Of a stretch of DNA of 64,000 nucleotides, positions 10,475 through 21,994 are shown one piece after another. The position numbers were made by a program, and so were the translations under genes. Numbering within the stretch: the stretch's first letter is position 1; each line of letters opens with the position of its first letter. The DNA lies in assembly GCA_918797485.1 (NCBI GenBank), contig CAKKNE010000002.1, forward strand, positions 992,001-1,056,000, in the 5' to 3' direction. The notes under the pieces were generated by a model that saw only the letters and a list, made by a program, of their open reading frames with translations, was not told the DNA's origin and searched no databases. The stretch is from Pelagomonas calceolata (lineage: Eukaryota).

Positions 10475-12382
10475 ATGGCCTACGACCAGTCCATGTGGAC
10501 GCGTAGGATAAAGTACGGCTGGCTCCTCTGGGCCGCCGCCGGCACGACCTGCACCATGACCGCTTACGGTTTTCAACCGGTCTTCGCGACGGCGTGCGGT
10601 TGCATGTGGACGTTGTTGTGGATCTGCTTCAACCTGTCGACGCGAATGCTCATCTGCAACTTTTTGAATGGGTGCGTCGACGTCTTTTTCAGGCAGGTCG
10701 CCGTCGCCGGCGCCCACAAGCTGAATTTCAGTGACGAGCCGCTATTACTCGCCATAGCGCCCCACGCGAACCAGTTTATTGATCCCATGATCATCCTCAA
10801 GACCTTCGAGCGGCCTGTGGGGTTTCTTTGTGCGGCCAAGTCCATGAGGTATAAACGAGGTCCTAGCGACTTAATCGCGTTCTTCGCGAACGGCATCGAC
10901 AGCGTGCCCGTGGAACGGCCCCAGGACATCGCGACGGTCGGTAAAGGGATCATACGCGAAGTGTCCCGTGCGGACGATAAGGTAGTAGTACATGGGCAAG
11001 ATACTTCTTTCATGCAAGCCTGTAAGAGAGGAGATCAATTCTTAGTGACCAAGGGCCCCTGCAAAGGTGCCGTCGCGAAGATCCTGGAAGTTGTTAGTGA
11101 TTCTTTGGCTGTGGTCGCGGACAATGCATTCGCGGGTTCCGATGCCAATGAGGAATCGACGTACGAAAACGTCTCAGATGCGCCCTTCAAAGTACTGCCC
11201 AAAGTGGACCAGGACGTCGTGTATCAGGCCATCTACTCGCGGTTGGACTCGAATGGCTGTGTCGGCATTTTTCCGGAGGGCGGCAGCCACGATAGGGCTT
11301 CATTATTACCATTGAAGGCGGGCATCGCCGTCATGGCGCTAGGGGCCTGCAAGCAGCACGGCGAGGCCCTACGGAAACGGCTGAGAGTAGTAGCGGTCGG
11401 TTTAAATTACTTCAGCGGCCACCGGTTCCGGTCTCGCGTGTTCGTCGATTATGGAGAGCCCTTCGAAGTCTCGAGGGAGCTCGTCGACCGGTACGCGTCC
11501 GGCGACAAGCGCGGCGCCGGCGACGAACTGATGGCCCAGATTTTAACTGCTGTAAAGGCGGTCACCGTGCAGGCTCCCGACTCAGCAACGGCGGAGACGT
11601 TCTGGATGCTGCGGCGGTTGTATGTTCCCGATGGTAAAAGATTGACGCTCGAGGAGAAGGTCGCTTTGACGAGAGGTTTTGCGGATGCGGTAGAAAAAGA
11701 CAGAAATGATCCAGACGTATCTTCCGTTTTGAAGAAGGTCGAGGCCTACCACGGGCTCCTGAAACACTATTCTTTACATGATAGGCAAGTAGCGAAGGCC
11801 GGGTCTGATGTTTTGGATAGTGTCGACGCGTTAGCTATGTTAGCTTTTCGTATGGGGTTGTTGCTAGTGTACGCGGTGGCTATCTTACCGGGTACTATTT
11901 TGGCTTCACCTTTGCTCGTTATATCAGAGGTCGTATCTAGATATAAGGCAAAAGTAGCTGTGGCCGGATCCCGAGTAAAACTGAAGGGGAGAGATATATT
12001 AGCGACGTGGAAAGTGGTCTGTGGTATGGTACTGATACCAGCCTTACATACCTTTTATACGATATGCGTCTACTACTTGTACTCGTCGAAGGAGGCCGTG
12101 GCCTACTTCTTCTTCATGCCTTTTGTGAGTTATACGTCGATCATAGCTTCCGAAAACGCGTATCAAGTGTTCCGGAGCATCGGGCCGCTCTTCATGCTGC
12201 TGACGAAAAGGCAAACGGGCGTGGAACTCCGGGAGATGCGTCGTATATTAAAGAGGGACGTGCGAGAGCTGGCCCAAAAGCTAGGGTGGGCGGAGATCAT
12301 CAAAAAGGCGGACTCGCACAACGCGGGGCTCGACGAGCTGCGCAGTCCGCTGCACGTGAGCGGGTTCCCGCGGTCGGACTAG
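10475..12382 (+). CDS. Glycerol-3-phosphate O-acyltransferase (fungal SCT1/GPT2-like)
   Basis: PHANQFIDP, GIFPEGGSHDR, GLNYFSGHRFRSR, GRDILATWK; TM helices. Confidence 0.92.
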   Translation: MAYDQSMWTRRIKYGWLLWAAAGTTCTMTAYGFQPVFATACGCMWTLLWICFNLSTRMLICNFLNGCVDVFFRQVAVAGAHKLNFSDEPLLLAIAPHANQFIDPMIILKTFERPVGFLCAAKSMRYKRGPSDLIAFFANGIDSVPVERPQDIATVGKGIIREVSRADDKVVVHGQDTSFMQACKRGDQFLVTKGPCKGAVAKILEVVSDSLAVVADNAFAGSDANEESTYENVSDAPFKVLPKVDQDVVYQAIYSRLDSNGCVGIFPEGGSHDRASLLPLKAGIAVMALGACKQHGEALRKRLRVVAVGLNYFSGHRFRSRVFVDYGEPFEVSRELVDRYASGDKRGAGDELMAQILTAVKAVTVQAPDSATAETFWMLRRLYVPDGKRLTLEEKVALTRGFADAVEKDRNDPDVSSVLKKVEAYHGLLKHYSLHDRQVAKAGSDVLDSVDALAMLAFRMGLLLVYAVAILPGTILASPLLVISEVVSRYKAKVAVAGSRVKLKGRDILATWKVVCGMVLIPALHTFYTICVYYLYSSKEAVAYFFFMPFVSYTSIIASENAYQVFRSIGPLFMLLTKRQTGVELREMRRILKRDVRELAQKLGWAEIIKKADSHNAGLDELRSPLHVSGFPRSD

Positions 12383-12423
12383 GCGTTGAGGGGTAAGTAA
12401 TTCGATGAATATATCTAATTTGC

Positions 12424-12606
12424 TTACGCAGTCCGCGGCGATGGCGTCTCGCGCGCGTGGAGAATTGCTCGAGCCTGGAGCAGTTTGCCCTCAATATTCA
12501 ATGTGAGCGGATGCGCGCCACCGAGCACGCGCTGCGCGATCCGCTCCGCGGCCTCGAGCGTCGTCACGGCCTCGCGGAGATCGTCGAGCGTGGCACCGGG
12601 GTCCTC
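12424..12606 (-). pseudogene. Orphan 3' end of a helical TPR-like gene
   Basis: Own translation: EDPGATLDDLREAVTTLEAAERIAQRVLGGAHPLTLNIEGKLLQARAILHARETPSPRTA*; no in-frame ATG; in-frame TAG about 15 codons upstream. Confidence 0.65.
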
Positions 12607-13317
12607 ATGGCCGCGGCGATGGGCGGAAAGGCGGAAGTGATTCGGACGCTAGTACGAGCGGGGGCGGACGTCAACATCACTCGACCCGCACTATCAGGTT
12701 TATCAGAAAAGGAGGGCGAGACTGAAAGCGCTCTGACTTTGGCTTTGGCACACGGCCGCCCAGAAACAGCTCAATTATTGCTCGATCTCGGCGCCGACAA
12801 GAAGACATTCCAGTGGATGACGCCATCTCAGAGCGTGCGTGACTTGAATGATCATCGCGTCCTTCGCATGTTCTATATCGCCGGCGTCGACCTTTCGGCA
12901 AGTACCACCGACGATGGTGAAACTTTTGAGTCAGTCTCGAGGAAATGTCTCGAGGCGTATAGAGGCAAGCAAAATGCGACATACGCGGGCTTGGCCAAGA
13001 ATTATGCTAAAATCGTGGCAATCTTTGATGGAGTGCGCGCTGCCGGCAGTTACCGAGAATTTATATTACGCGACTACAAGCAGTTGCTCCGCATTAGGTC
13101 TCTGCTGGCTCGCGGCCGCGCGACCATCCAATCCAAACACCACCCGGTGATCGCGCGCCTCTTCGGCGGAACCATCGCGTCCCGGGGCTCGCCGAAGCGG
13201 TCTCGACCGCTGGGGCGCTTCGCGGGCGTCCCCGACCCCATCTTCTGGAAGGTCCTGGAATACTATCAGCTAGGCGACTGGCGCCGACCGTGTACTCTCC
13301 CGGGCCCCTCCGTGTAA
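12607..13317 (+). CDS. Ankyrin-repeat protein, probably 5'-truncated
   Basis: (L)MAAAMGGKAEVIRTLVRAGADVN and SALTLALAHGRPETAQLLLDLGAD; the first repeat lacks its N-terminal G-x-T-x motif. Confidence 0.65.
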   Translation: MAAAMGGKAEVIRTLVRAGADVNITRPALSGLSEKEGETESALTLALAHGRPETAQLLLDLGADKKTFQWMTPSQSVRDLNDHRVLRMFYIAGVDLSASTTDDGETFESVSRKCLEAYRGKQNATYAGLAKNYAKIVAIFDGVRAAGSYREFILRDYKQLLRIRSLLARGRATIQSKHHPVIARLFGGTIASRGSPKRSRPLGRFAGVPDPIFWKVLEYYQLGDWRRPCTLPGPSV

Positions 13318-13327
13318 ACTTGATGAA

Positions 13328-16300
13328 TTACACACTAATATCAGGAGAAACCTCCTTCCGAGGCGTCGTCGCCGCGAGCAACCCGGCGCGCTCATTCACC
13401 CGCGGCCGCTTCACCAACGCGGCACAGCGCGCGTACAAGTCCGCGAACGCGTGCGCCGGGGCCCGCAGGCCCATGCGGTCGCGATTCGTGTACACGAGGG
13501 CCAGGTACGTCAGAGCTCTAAAGAACACTCCCAACAGCGCCAAGACCCCGCAGTTCACCGACGCCGCCCGCGCGACGTACCCAAATAACAGTAAACCTTC
13601 CAAGGCCGACTCCATGCGCGGTTTAGCATAAAAGGCGGGTGGCATGCGCCACGCCATCGACAGCGCTAATATTTCGGCCGCATAGAGCGACTCGACGAGC
13701 CACCTCGCATAACTACCCCAAATTAACGGTTTGACGGCCAATCCTAATTTCTTGAGCTCCGATAATCGAGGTGCCACCCCCGAGAACATGGCACAAGCAA
13801 TTAACGCACTCACGGAAGACAGCTGCGCGGCCTTCGAGTCCTGGGTCACGGAGAAGACATGTGATAACCCAGAGGCCGCCAGGGCCGCGCAGAAGCAGGG
13901 CCAGAAGTAGCGCGCGAAGGAGGTGCGCGGCCGCGCCGTGGGAAACCACGTTGACAAAAAGGCCAGCGTAATTAAGAGTAGTCGTGGCAGTTCCGCTAAA
14001 CACGTCGCGACGCAGAACGCCGCGGGATCTAGACCGTATCCACTAAGTGTGGGAGAGAGTTCGCGCCACGCCGCCTGCCTCAGACCCCCAAAGGTCTTGG
14101 CGGAAGATAACGCCACCGTGCCGCCCAGCGAGAGTTGCAAGATGAACGACACCTGCTGGCAGTCCCTGAATTCAAAATGCGGGTACAGCGCACCGAGGAA
14201 GGCCCCGGCGGCGAACTGCACTCCTAATTCAAAGACGAAGTCTCCTGGATGTCTAGTATGCGCCAGTATCGCGCGGTTCAGGAACTTTGTAAATTGCGTG
14301 ACGGCGCCGGGCGCGTCGACGCCGTACGAGGCCTCCCTTAATATCTGTGAAGTGGCGCCCGGCGTCGCCGGCGCTGTCGTCGATGAGGGGATACTAAATG
14401 AATTGGACACGACGCAGTCCAAGACAAAGTCTGGAGCTGGTGCGTCGCCCTGCTGCAGGCCACACGCCTCCTCAAAGGCTCGCGCGGCTAACGACGCGGG
14501 CCCGCAATACGCAACACCAGAACCAGAAAAGACGACCGCATCATCTAAGCAGCGCCAGGCTTTGGCTGAAGGCTGATGCAAAACCGCAGCCACACAGACG
14601 CCACGCCGCGCGGCGTTCATTAACGCGCGGACGACTGCTAATGACGTGGCGGCGTCGAGGCCCGACGTCGGCTCGTCGAGCAATAACGCGGACGGGTCTC
14701 CACACAACTCCACGGCGACGGCGACGCGCTTGCGCTGGCCGCCGGACAGGCCCCGTCGCCGCGCATCTCCCGCGACGCCGATCATCGCGTCGCGCTCGTT
14801 GTGCAGGCCGAGCTCGCGGATGCAGAGCGCGACGCGCCTTTCTCTACTGTCGGCCTCCTCGGACCGCTCCCGCCGCTCGCGGATCGCCTGCGTGTTGTAG
14901 CTTCGATCGATGCGTCGCGTCGATGGCGTACGTGGTCCCCCCCACGCCATCGATGCAGCGCGTCGACGGCGTCGGAGCGGCCCCAAACGCTACGAAGTGC
15001 TAGATGCGCGCCGCTCGACGGCGTAGGAATGGTCCCAAACTCTGGGAGGGGTAGAAGAAGGACGCCGCGGACGAACCGCATAGAAGCGCAGCAGCTCCCG
15101 CACCGTCAGCCAGCCGAGTAACGCGCCGTCGTCCTGGGGCACGTAGCCCACGAGCGCCGGGTGGCATGATGATGGAGCCGCGCCGTTCAGTAATACGGAA
15201 CCGCGCACGCGCGACCCGGGCGGCGGCGCGCGGCCCGCGAGCAGATCTAATAAAGTACTTTTTCCAGCACCGGACGGCCCGATGATCGCCGCGAGGCGCC
15301 CCGCCCGTAAAGCACCGGTAGCGTTCTTCAGCGCGACGCGGCCGCCGGGCAACCTCACAGAAACCTCCGAGAACTCCACGTCTATCAAGGGCGACGCATC
15401 AGGCAAAGCGTAGGCGCCGTCCTCGTCGAAGGAAGCCCGACTCCGCGGCGGCGAGTGCGCCCGCAGGTGCCTGATGATCGCCTCATCGAAGGCCCTCAAG
15501 CTTTTATCCCGCCATATACTTCCAACGTAGTAGGCCACGCCTAACAACATCAGAGCGCCCCATGCTAAAGCTCCGAAGGACGTCCTATATCTAGGCCGCG
15601 TCATGCCCTCTCTGGTACAACTGGCGAACCACGGGCATCGGACTGGAGCATCAGAACCAAGCGCGCAGAAATGATTCAAGGGGCACTTCTGGATCTCGAC
15701 GGGCGTGTCGCAGTAGTAGCCCTCGGGGCACAGCGTCAAGTACTGGACGCCGGGGCAGGCGTGGATCTCCGGGGATTGTTCTTCTGCCGGCGCTGCATTG
15801 TGGGGAAAGACGCATCGCCTCCTATCGTAGGTCTGTAGAGATGATGAATGATGAGGCACGACACCACTTAACGGGCGACTGGCGTTGCACATGGCGCCTC
15901 GCGCGCATAAGACGAAGCACGTCTGGCCCGCCATGCAAAACGCGCCATCCGGACAAGGTTTGACCGAGGCCGTGTCATCTAAATAAAAGCCGCCGCGACA
16001 CGCCGCCGGCTGCGTCGGTTGGAGACCGCCGCAAGACGCGTCGTGCTGGTGCTTGACCATGCCCCGGAACTCGCGGGCCCCGCAGTGCCTCCTCAATAAG
16101 CGCGCGGCGCCGGCCGCGTCGAGGGACCGGGCCCAGGCGCCGTAGGCCGCGACGAACAGGTGGGCAAAGTCGTTATCTTGCGTAGGCGCCTGGCGGCCGG
16201 TCGTCTGGTGCCAGCGGTCGATGACTGCTCTTGTCGCGGCGTCATCCGCTTCCGGTGTTGCCGGGAGTTGCTTCGCGGGCAAATCTAAAGTATACCACAC

Positions 16301-16477
16301 GAAGGACGCCGGATTCGCCTCCAGCGCGTCGATCGACTGCTGCTGCCTCGCTCCGAGCTCGACTCGGAGGTATACGATTTGGTATGCGCCATACAATAAG
16401 CCGAAGACGGCAACGTAGAAAGTGACCCAGGGGACGGCGAGCAGTAATGGATGTGTTAATTTCCGTCGCTGCGGCAT
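13328..16477 (-). CDS. ABCG/White-type transporter with Cys-rich extracellular N-terminal domain; exons 16477-15077 and 14887-13328
   Basis: Walker A GPSGAGKST, YVPQDD, LSGGQRKR, LLLDEPTSGLD, LHQP; removing GT..AG 15076-14888 joins the two ORFs in frame. Confidence 0.9.
14888..15076 (-). other. Spliceosomal intron (189 nt, phase 0) containing CGCGTCGATGGCGT repeat motifs
   Basis: GTTCGT...ACGCAG; removal gives LRFYA|AIRERR. Confidence 0.8.
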
Positions 16478-16695
16478 CGTCTGCAGTGGTATCGTCTGCA
16501 GTGGTGCGAGCGTCGCGCGGAGTTGTGTTGCTGCAGTTACTGCTTCTGCACGTGATAGAGACTTTGCACGGCCGCACAGCTCGCGCGCTGCAAAGATCTC
16601 TGTTCTCGCTGGCAAATTGGCCACCTTGCAAGCTCTGCGAGGTCCAGAACGCAAAATCCAGCCCGCAAAGGACGCCAGCGCCGCGGTAGCGCGAT

Positions 16696-16719
16696 GCTAG
16701 CGGCCTGTAAGACACTAGC
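16696..16719 (-). promoter_or_regulatory. CTAG-N14-CTAG upstream element (consensus)
   Basis: + strand GCTAGCGGCCTGTAAGACACTAGC upstream of the ABC gene. Confidence 0.8.
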
Positions 16720-16866
16720 AATTCTAGCAAGCTCATCTATCCGCCTATCAACAGTTTACACTTAGAGTTTACACTCACATTCACACATATCGCGCGGCGT
16801 TTCGCCGCGCGCGCGCACGCCGTCGCCGCGACGGCGCGTCGTAGGACTTTCGCTCGCGGCGGAAGA

Positions 16867-18066
16867 CTAAAGCTCACCACGAGCCCGCTCGCGGAACGGC
16901 GGAGCTTTGTAGACGGAGCGGAGGTGGGGGTTGTGGAACTCGCCCCACTGCTCGTAGTTGTACCACGGGTCGTCCGCGCTCACGCCGAGGCGGTGCCACA
17001 TCGTCAGCGTCGTCTTGTTGCCCGCGATGACGGGACAAGCCGCGTGTTGCGTGCTTTGCGGGCCGTTTTTGTACTCGAAGAACAGCAGGTCGCCCTCGCC
17101 CGGGGAGAGCTTGAGGTCGTCGCCCGGGAAAACGGTCGAGCCGCCCTCGGCGGCCGCCTCGCAGTAGACGAGCGTCGTCGCGACGCGCTTGCCTTTTGTC
17201 CTTCCAGCGCCGTCGGTGTGAGGTTTGTACTCAAAACCGACCTTGTAGTGAAGAAAATTAATAGGTTCTTGTGCTTCGTACGGAATCCGCTCGCCCAGAA
17301 GCTCCGAGGCCAATTCAACGGTGACTGCAGCCATCGAAGTTACTGGGGCGTCGGGCTCGTTCCAGTTGATGTCCAAGTTCGTCGACAGCGTCTCGCGCGA
17401 CGACGAGAAGGACGTTTCGCCCGTGCCACCCACATGCGCGCGGCCGAGGCCGGAAACTGCGGGAGTGGTATCCACGATGTCCTGGCACTGCTTTCTGGTC
17501 GCGAAGCCCCTTGCTACCGCCACGAAGGGCGTTTCTCGAAGGACCTCGATGACCTGCCCCGGCACGCTTTCCGATGCATAGCTCCGCACCGCGCGGCTCG
17601 GCGCCGCGACCTCGCAGAGCCTCCAATAGGCTTCATTTTGCCAAAAGAGGCGCCACGCGCGCGGGTCGGCCTCGTCGACGCCGCCGAAGGCGTGCCGGAA
17701 GACGCAGCCCTGGAACGAGGGAGGAGTGAAGAAGTCCGAGGTCCCGTCGCACTTGTGCGCCGCGCGGCTCAGTTCTAGCTGGAATTCGTTCGCGTCGCCG
17801 ACCGTTATCGCGTCGTCGCCGACGCGCGCCACGACGTAGCCGTCGCCGTCGATCTCCGCTCGCACGCCGCCGCAGACGAGCTCCGTGGGAACCTCCGTTT
17901 CGAGGAGCTGGCCCGTGCGGGCCGGGATCACGGGCAGCTCTTCCGCGCCGCCCAGCGAGCATTGCACTTTGTCCGATCGCTCGTTTGCGATGGCTAGGGT
18001 GACGCGTTTCGGCGGTGCCGCGTAGGCGCACGCGAGGGCTGCGAGCAGGCATGTGTTGCGGGCCAT
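16867..18066 (-). CDS. Secreted prolyl-4-hydroxylase-like 2OG-Fe(II) oxygenase
   Basis: Signal peptide; YKPHTD, RVATTLVY, GGSTVFP, HAACPVIAGNK. Confidence 0.85.
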   Translation of the reverse strand: MARNTCLLAALACAYAAPPKRVTLAIANERSDKVQCSLGGAEELPVIPARTGQLLETEVPTELVCGGVRAEIDGDGYVVARVGDDAITVGDANEFQLELSRAAHKCDGTSDFFTPPSFQGCVFRHAFGGVDEADPRAWRLFWQNEAYWRLCEVAAPSRAVRSYASESVPGQVIEVLRETPFVAVARGFATRKQCQDIVDTTPAVSGLGRAHVGGTGETSFSSSRETLSTNLDINWNEPDAPVTSMAAVTVELASELLGERIPYEAQEPINFLHYKVGFEYKPHTDGAGRTKGKRVATTLVYCEAAAEGGSTVFPGDDLKLSPGEGDLLFFEYKNGPQSTQHAACPVIAGNKTTLTMWHRLGVSADDPWYNYEQWGEFHNPHLRSVYKAPPFRERARGEL

Positions 18067-18201
18067 TTTGGGCAGCGCAGCGGCACAGCGATGGCGTCGG
18101 CTGCTGTAGCGCTGGCAAACGGATGCGAGTTAACGATATCCAGTAAATTTACTGCCTAATGCTTGCTTTTTTGCAGCCTTTTTTTGCGGCTGCTCGAGTT
18201 T

Positions 18202-18224
18202 GCTAGTGTCTTACAGGACGCTAG
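18202..18224 (+). promoter_or_regulatory. CTAG-N14-CTAG upstream element
   Basis: GCTAGTGTCTTACAGGACGCTAG, divergent gap. Confidence 0.8.
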
Positions 18225-18425
18225 ATGCGGCGGGAGGCAGGCGCGACCGCAGGTGGGCCATTGCGGACCTCACGAGACAAGTTGGGTTTGTTTAAGGCTT
18301 CTCGCGGAAGTTTATAACATCCTCCAAAGCGGCCAGCGCTCGCCGGTGCCACACGCCATAACGAGAGCTGCTCTCCTGCAGCCTCGGCCCGCGCGCAGCC
18401 GGACGCAGACTAGAAGCGCGGAGCG

Positions 18426-21342
18426 ATGTCGCACTACGGAGGCGGCGCCGGCGACGACGCCCCGCCGGGCTACTCCGGCCCACCTAGAAACACGGCCCCA
18501 CCGCCGGGCTACCAGTCCTACAACTACAACCAGCCACCCCAACAATATTATCCCGCGACGCCCGTAAATGCCCAGCCGTACAACCCGCGCCAGACGCAGC
18601 ACGCCCAGGCGACGGGACGAAACGATCGCCAGTTGCCCGACGGGACCTGGGTCGATTATAAAGGAGAACCGCTGCGCCAGAACTTTGTCACGCGAGCGGA
18701 CGGTTCGATTGTATCTGAAAAGTTCGAAGTGGAGCTGAACCAGATGTACGCGCGCTGCGTGACCATGGGCGACGTTTTTAGAATTTGGAACGAGCACGGC
18801 GTGATGAACGGGATTAACTTGTCGACAGGTCTGGCTCGGTTGGGACGAGCTGTAGCTAGAGATCGCTCATTAGTTAATAGAATTCGCGACTCGTATGAGT
18901 TTAGGGACATGTGCAAACTCCTACGATCCAAATTATGCGACAACCCCGACTGGACCGGAGCTCGTCAATTGGCGACGGCGGCGCACGCGTTCGCGAAACT
19001 TAACCCGGCCAACGCGCGGGGCCAGGACACGCGCAACGAGGTCGCGGCCATGGCTACTGTGGGAAGGGCCGCCACCGCCAAAATCCGCGAGTTCAACACG
19101 CAGGAGCTTAGTAATACGGCGTGGGCGTTCGCGACGGCGCAGCATCCCGAGCCCGTGCTGTTCCAGGCCATCGGTTCTCAGGTCGTCTTGAAAGCCCCGC
19201 AGTTCAAGGCCCAGGAGATCTCCAACACGCTGTGGGCCTTCGCGAAGCTCGACGTGCCCAATGCCGACGAAGTGTTTGCGTCGCTCGCGGACGCGGCTAT
19301 AAGGTTGGCCTACAACAACCCGTCGGCCTACAACCCCCAGAACGTCTCGAACGCCCTCTGGGCCTTCGCGAAAGCAGGAAGGAGCCACCCGCAGCTCTAC
19401 GCGGCGCTGGGTCCTGTTGGTGCTAGAATTGCGCGGAACTTCTCGATGCAGGCCCTCGCGAATGTATATTGCAGTGTCCTTGAAACGAGCGTCGTCGTGC
19501 GGTCGCGTCGATGGCGTGGGGGCGGACGCGACCTCTCTGAGGCCGCGAAGCCGTCTCGAGCCGCGCTCACAGAAACTCGGCCAGGAGGCCGTGGGACCGC
19601 CCTCGACGCCATCGACGCGATGGTTCGCCGTCGTCGGCGCCGCGGATCGCCGAGCTTTCACAACACAGGTCGCCTGGGCCTACGCGCAGAACCACGAGCA
19701 GTGCCCGGAGCTCTTCAATGCGTTAGGTGATTTCGCCGCGGAGCATGTTTTGGACTTCTCCCCTACAGCGTTAGCGGACACGACCTGGGGCTTCGTGCAA
19801 TGTGGCTCGCCCAATCCGAGATTGCTTGACAGGGTCGGGGACCTACTCTATAGAAGAGCTCGCTCATTAGATTTCACGCCCCAGTCGCTCGCGAGACTCG
19901 CCCAGGCGTTTATGAGAGCGGACCAGATGGGCTCCGGGTTTCGGTTCACGGAGCAACACTTGGATGGGCTGTTGACTGGCGCGCACGCCTTCGCCACCGG
20001 TCCCAAAAATCTCAGAACGCGAGATGGGACGGACTTACTGAAGGCCTACGCCGAACTACGCTTATCCAGACACGGGCAGGACCACCATCGGCGCTTCGCG
20101 GACGTCTTCTACGCGGTCGACCAAGCTCTGGGGAGAAGTGTCCGAGACTTCTATCCCAATGATTTAGCGATTGCGGCTTCATCCTTCGCGTCCGTGAACT
20201 GCGACGCGCCTCGATTCTTCCGAGACTTGTTGAGGAACGCGGACCACTGCTTCGCGGAGCATCGAAACTCGATCCTGAAATTTGAAAGTGCGTCGGACGT
20301 CCTGAGAGCATGTGCTGCTTTGGGCTGGTTCGACGAAGACGCCATGGCGCGACTAGGACAGCTGTGTGCGGATCGAATTGATCATGCGTCGGACGATGCG
20401 TTGACCGATGCCGTCGAAGCATTGGCACGATTAGGAGGGTTACATGCCTCACCTTTGTTCCGAGCCGTCGTCGATTGCAAGCGGACCTTTGAATCAAGAC
20501 ATGCTTCGCGAATCCTCGACGCCTTCGCTCTCGCTGGCGCGTGGCACGACGACTTTTTGTCATCGTTGTCGGAGCACGCGTCGTCAGCCAAAATTTTTCT
20601 GTTTGCTGCTGCGGCTGAAAGGCCTTCACTCTTACCGCCCGGCATGAGTCCGGAACCCCTGCAGGACTCGGAGCGAAGGAAGGATATCGTCGCGAAAGTG
20701 GTGTCGGAACTCAACGAGTGGGGCTGGGCCTGCTCCACCATAGGTGGGGCCGACGCGTTGTGTGGAGACGTCTGCTGCCTGTTCGACGATCGACTCGTGA
20801 GGGACGTCGGCGGCAAGCGCGACCGGCCCGACGGCACGGCTTTATTACACGCGCGTTTGGCGCTGCGCGCGGGCCGGCGTTTGGAGTTCGTGGCGCGCGA
20901 GGCGCTCGACGAGGCGCGGGCGTCCGATAGTGCGCGCGCGGCGCTGCTCGCGCGGTTGAGAGGGGACGAGCCTTCTCCGAAGCGGGCCAAGGTCGAGGAG
21001 CCCGCGGCGGCGATGGAGACCGAGCCCACGAAGGATGAGCCGGCGGCTGAGCCGGCCCCCGAGGCTCCGGTCGAGCCCGCTCCCGCGGCGATGGAGGCAG
21101 AGCCAACGGCCACGCCGGCGCCTGCAGCCGAGCCCGCGCCGGCGGCTGAGCCGGAACCGGCGGCCGCGGCGCCGGCCGCCGCGGCCTTCGACGAGGCCGC
21201 CGCGACGAAGGAGTGCAAGAAGCTCACGGTGCCGAAGCTGCGCGCCGCGCTCGAGGCCGCGGGCGCGGACACGAAGGGCCTAAAAGCGGCGCTCGTGGAG
21301 CGCCTCGTTGGCGTCAAGCGCGCGGCCGCGCAGAAGGGGTGA
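18426..21342 (+). CDS. Helical-repeat (OPR/RAP-family-like) RNA-binding protein with C-terminal SAP domain; exons 18426-19463 and 19669-21342
   Basis: Repeats F-x-x-QE(L/I)SNT-x-WAFA; KLTVPKLRAALEAAGADTKGLKAALVERL; splicing restores FSMQALAN|VAWAYA. Confidence 0.85.
19464..19668 (+). mobile_element. Introner-like intron (205 nt), degenerate TIR/TSD
   Basis: GTATATTG-CAGTGTCCTTGAAA...TTTCACAACACAG|GTCGCCTG; internal inverted pair 19504-19517/19606-19619. Confidence 0.7.
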
Positions 21343-21424
21343 TGGAGTTGCTCTAGTTTAGATTGATGCTTAAGCTGGACGGTTGAACTAGTCACTGTCT
21401 TCGCCTCCTCAGGCTTATTCTTAG

Positions 21425-21994
21425 TCAGTGCGCATCCCAGTTGAACGTATTCAGCACTCCCCGCACCTTGAACGGCGCCGCCTTCGCAGTCGCCGACGCC
21501 TTCCCATCGCGCGCGGCCTGTCGCGCAAGCGCCGCGCAGACCGTCTGGTGATGCCCCCAATTCGCGATCTGGCATGCCTCCGAGCAATATCGCGCCACGC
21601 CGCACCCGCCGCAGACCATAAAGCGCGGCTCGGATAGGGCGACTCGCTGGCCGCACTGATCGCAGATTCGGCGCCGGATTCGCGGCCAGTGGGGCTGCAA
21701 GTCGGGCCAGCGCCTCAAGGCATCAATCGCGTTGGACACGCCCTTGGTGGTCACTTTCCTAAGACACACAAGGGACATATACTCCCGCCTTCCAGGGTCC
21801 GTATCCCCATGCGTCCCGATATCATCTTTCAATCCTTTGAAGCCCATCGCCATATACAACTGAAGCTCCTGCCCGCTTGTAATTGGGGTCCCGTCTATGT
21901 GGCGCCAGTGATCTTTTTCGAACCGTTTATGCGGTTTCAAGAACCCCGCTGCGGCGCCGCCCGGCTCTCGCTGTCGCCGCGATTTCTTGCCCAT
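21425..21994 (-). CDS. MYND zinc-finger protein
   Basis: CDQC...CGGCGVARYCSEACQIANWGHHQTVC. Confidence 0.85.
   Translation of the reverse strand: MGKKSRRQREPGGAAAGFLKPHKRFEKDHWRHIDGTPITSGQELQLYMAMGFKGLKDDIGTHGDTDPGRREYMSLVCLRKVTTKGVSNAIDALRRWPDLQPHWPRIRRRICDQCGQRVALSEPRFMVCGGCGVARYCSEACQIANWGHHQTVCAALARQAARDGKASATAKAAPFKVRGVLNTFNWDAH

Noticed and set aside
12457..12606. N-terminal extension of the ankyrin ORF (MENCSS...AEIVERG)
   Set aside because: Starts at GTG and is the antisense of the TPR-like remnant.
16791..16811. 9-bp GC hairpin CGCGCGGCG-TTT-CGCCGCGCG as a terminator
   Set aside because: Eukaryotic context, no U-tract, and easily produced by chance in CG-rich DNA.
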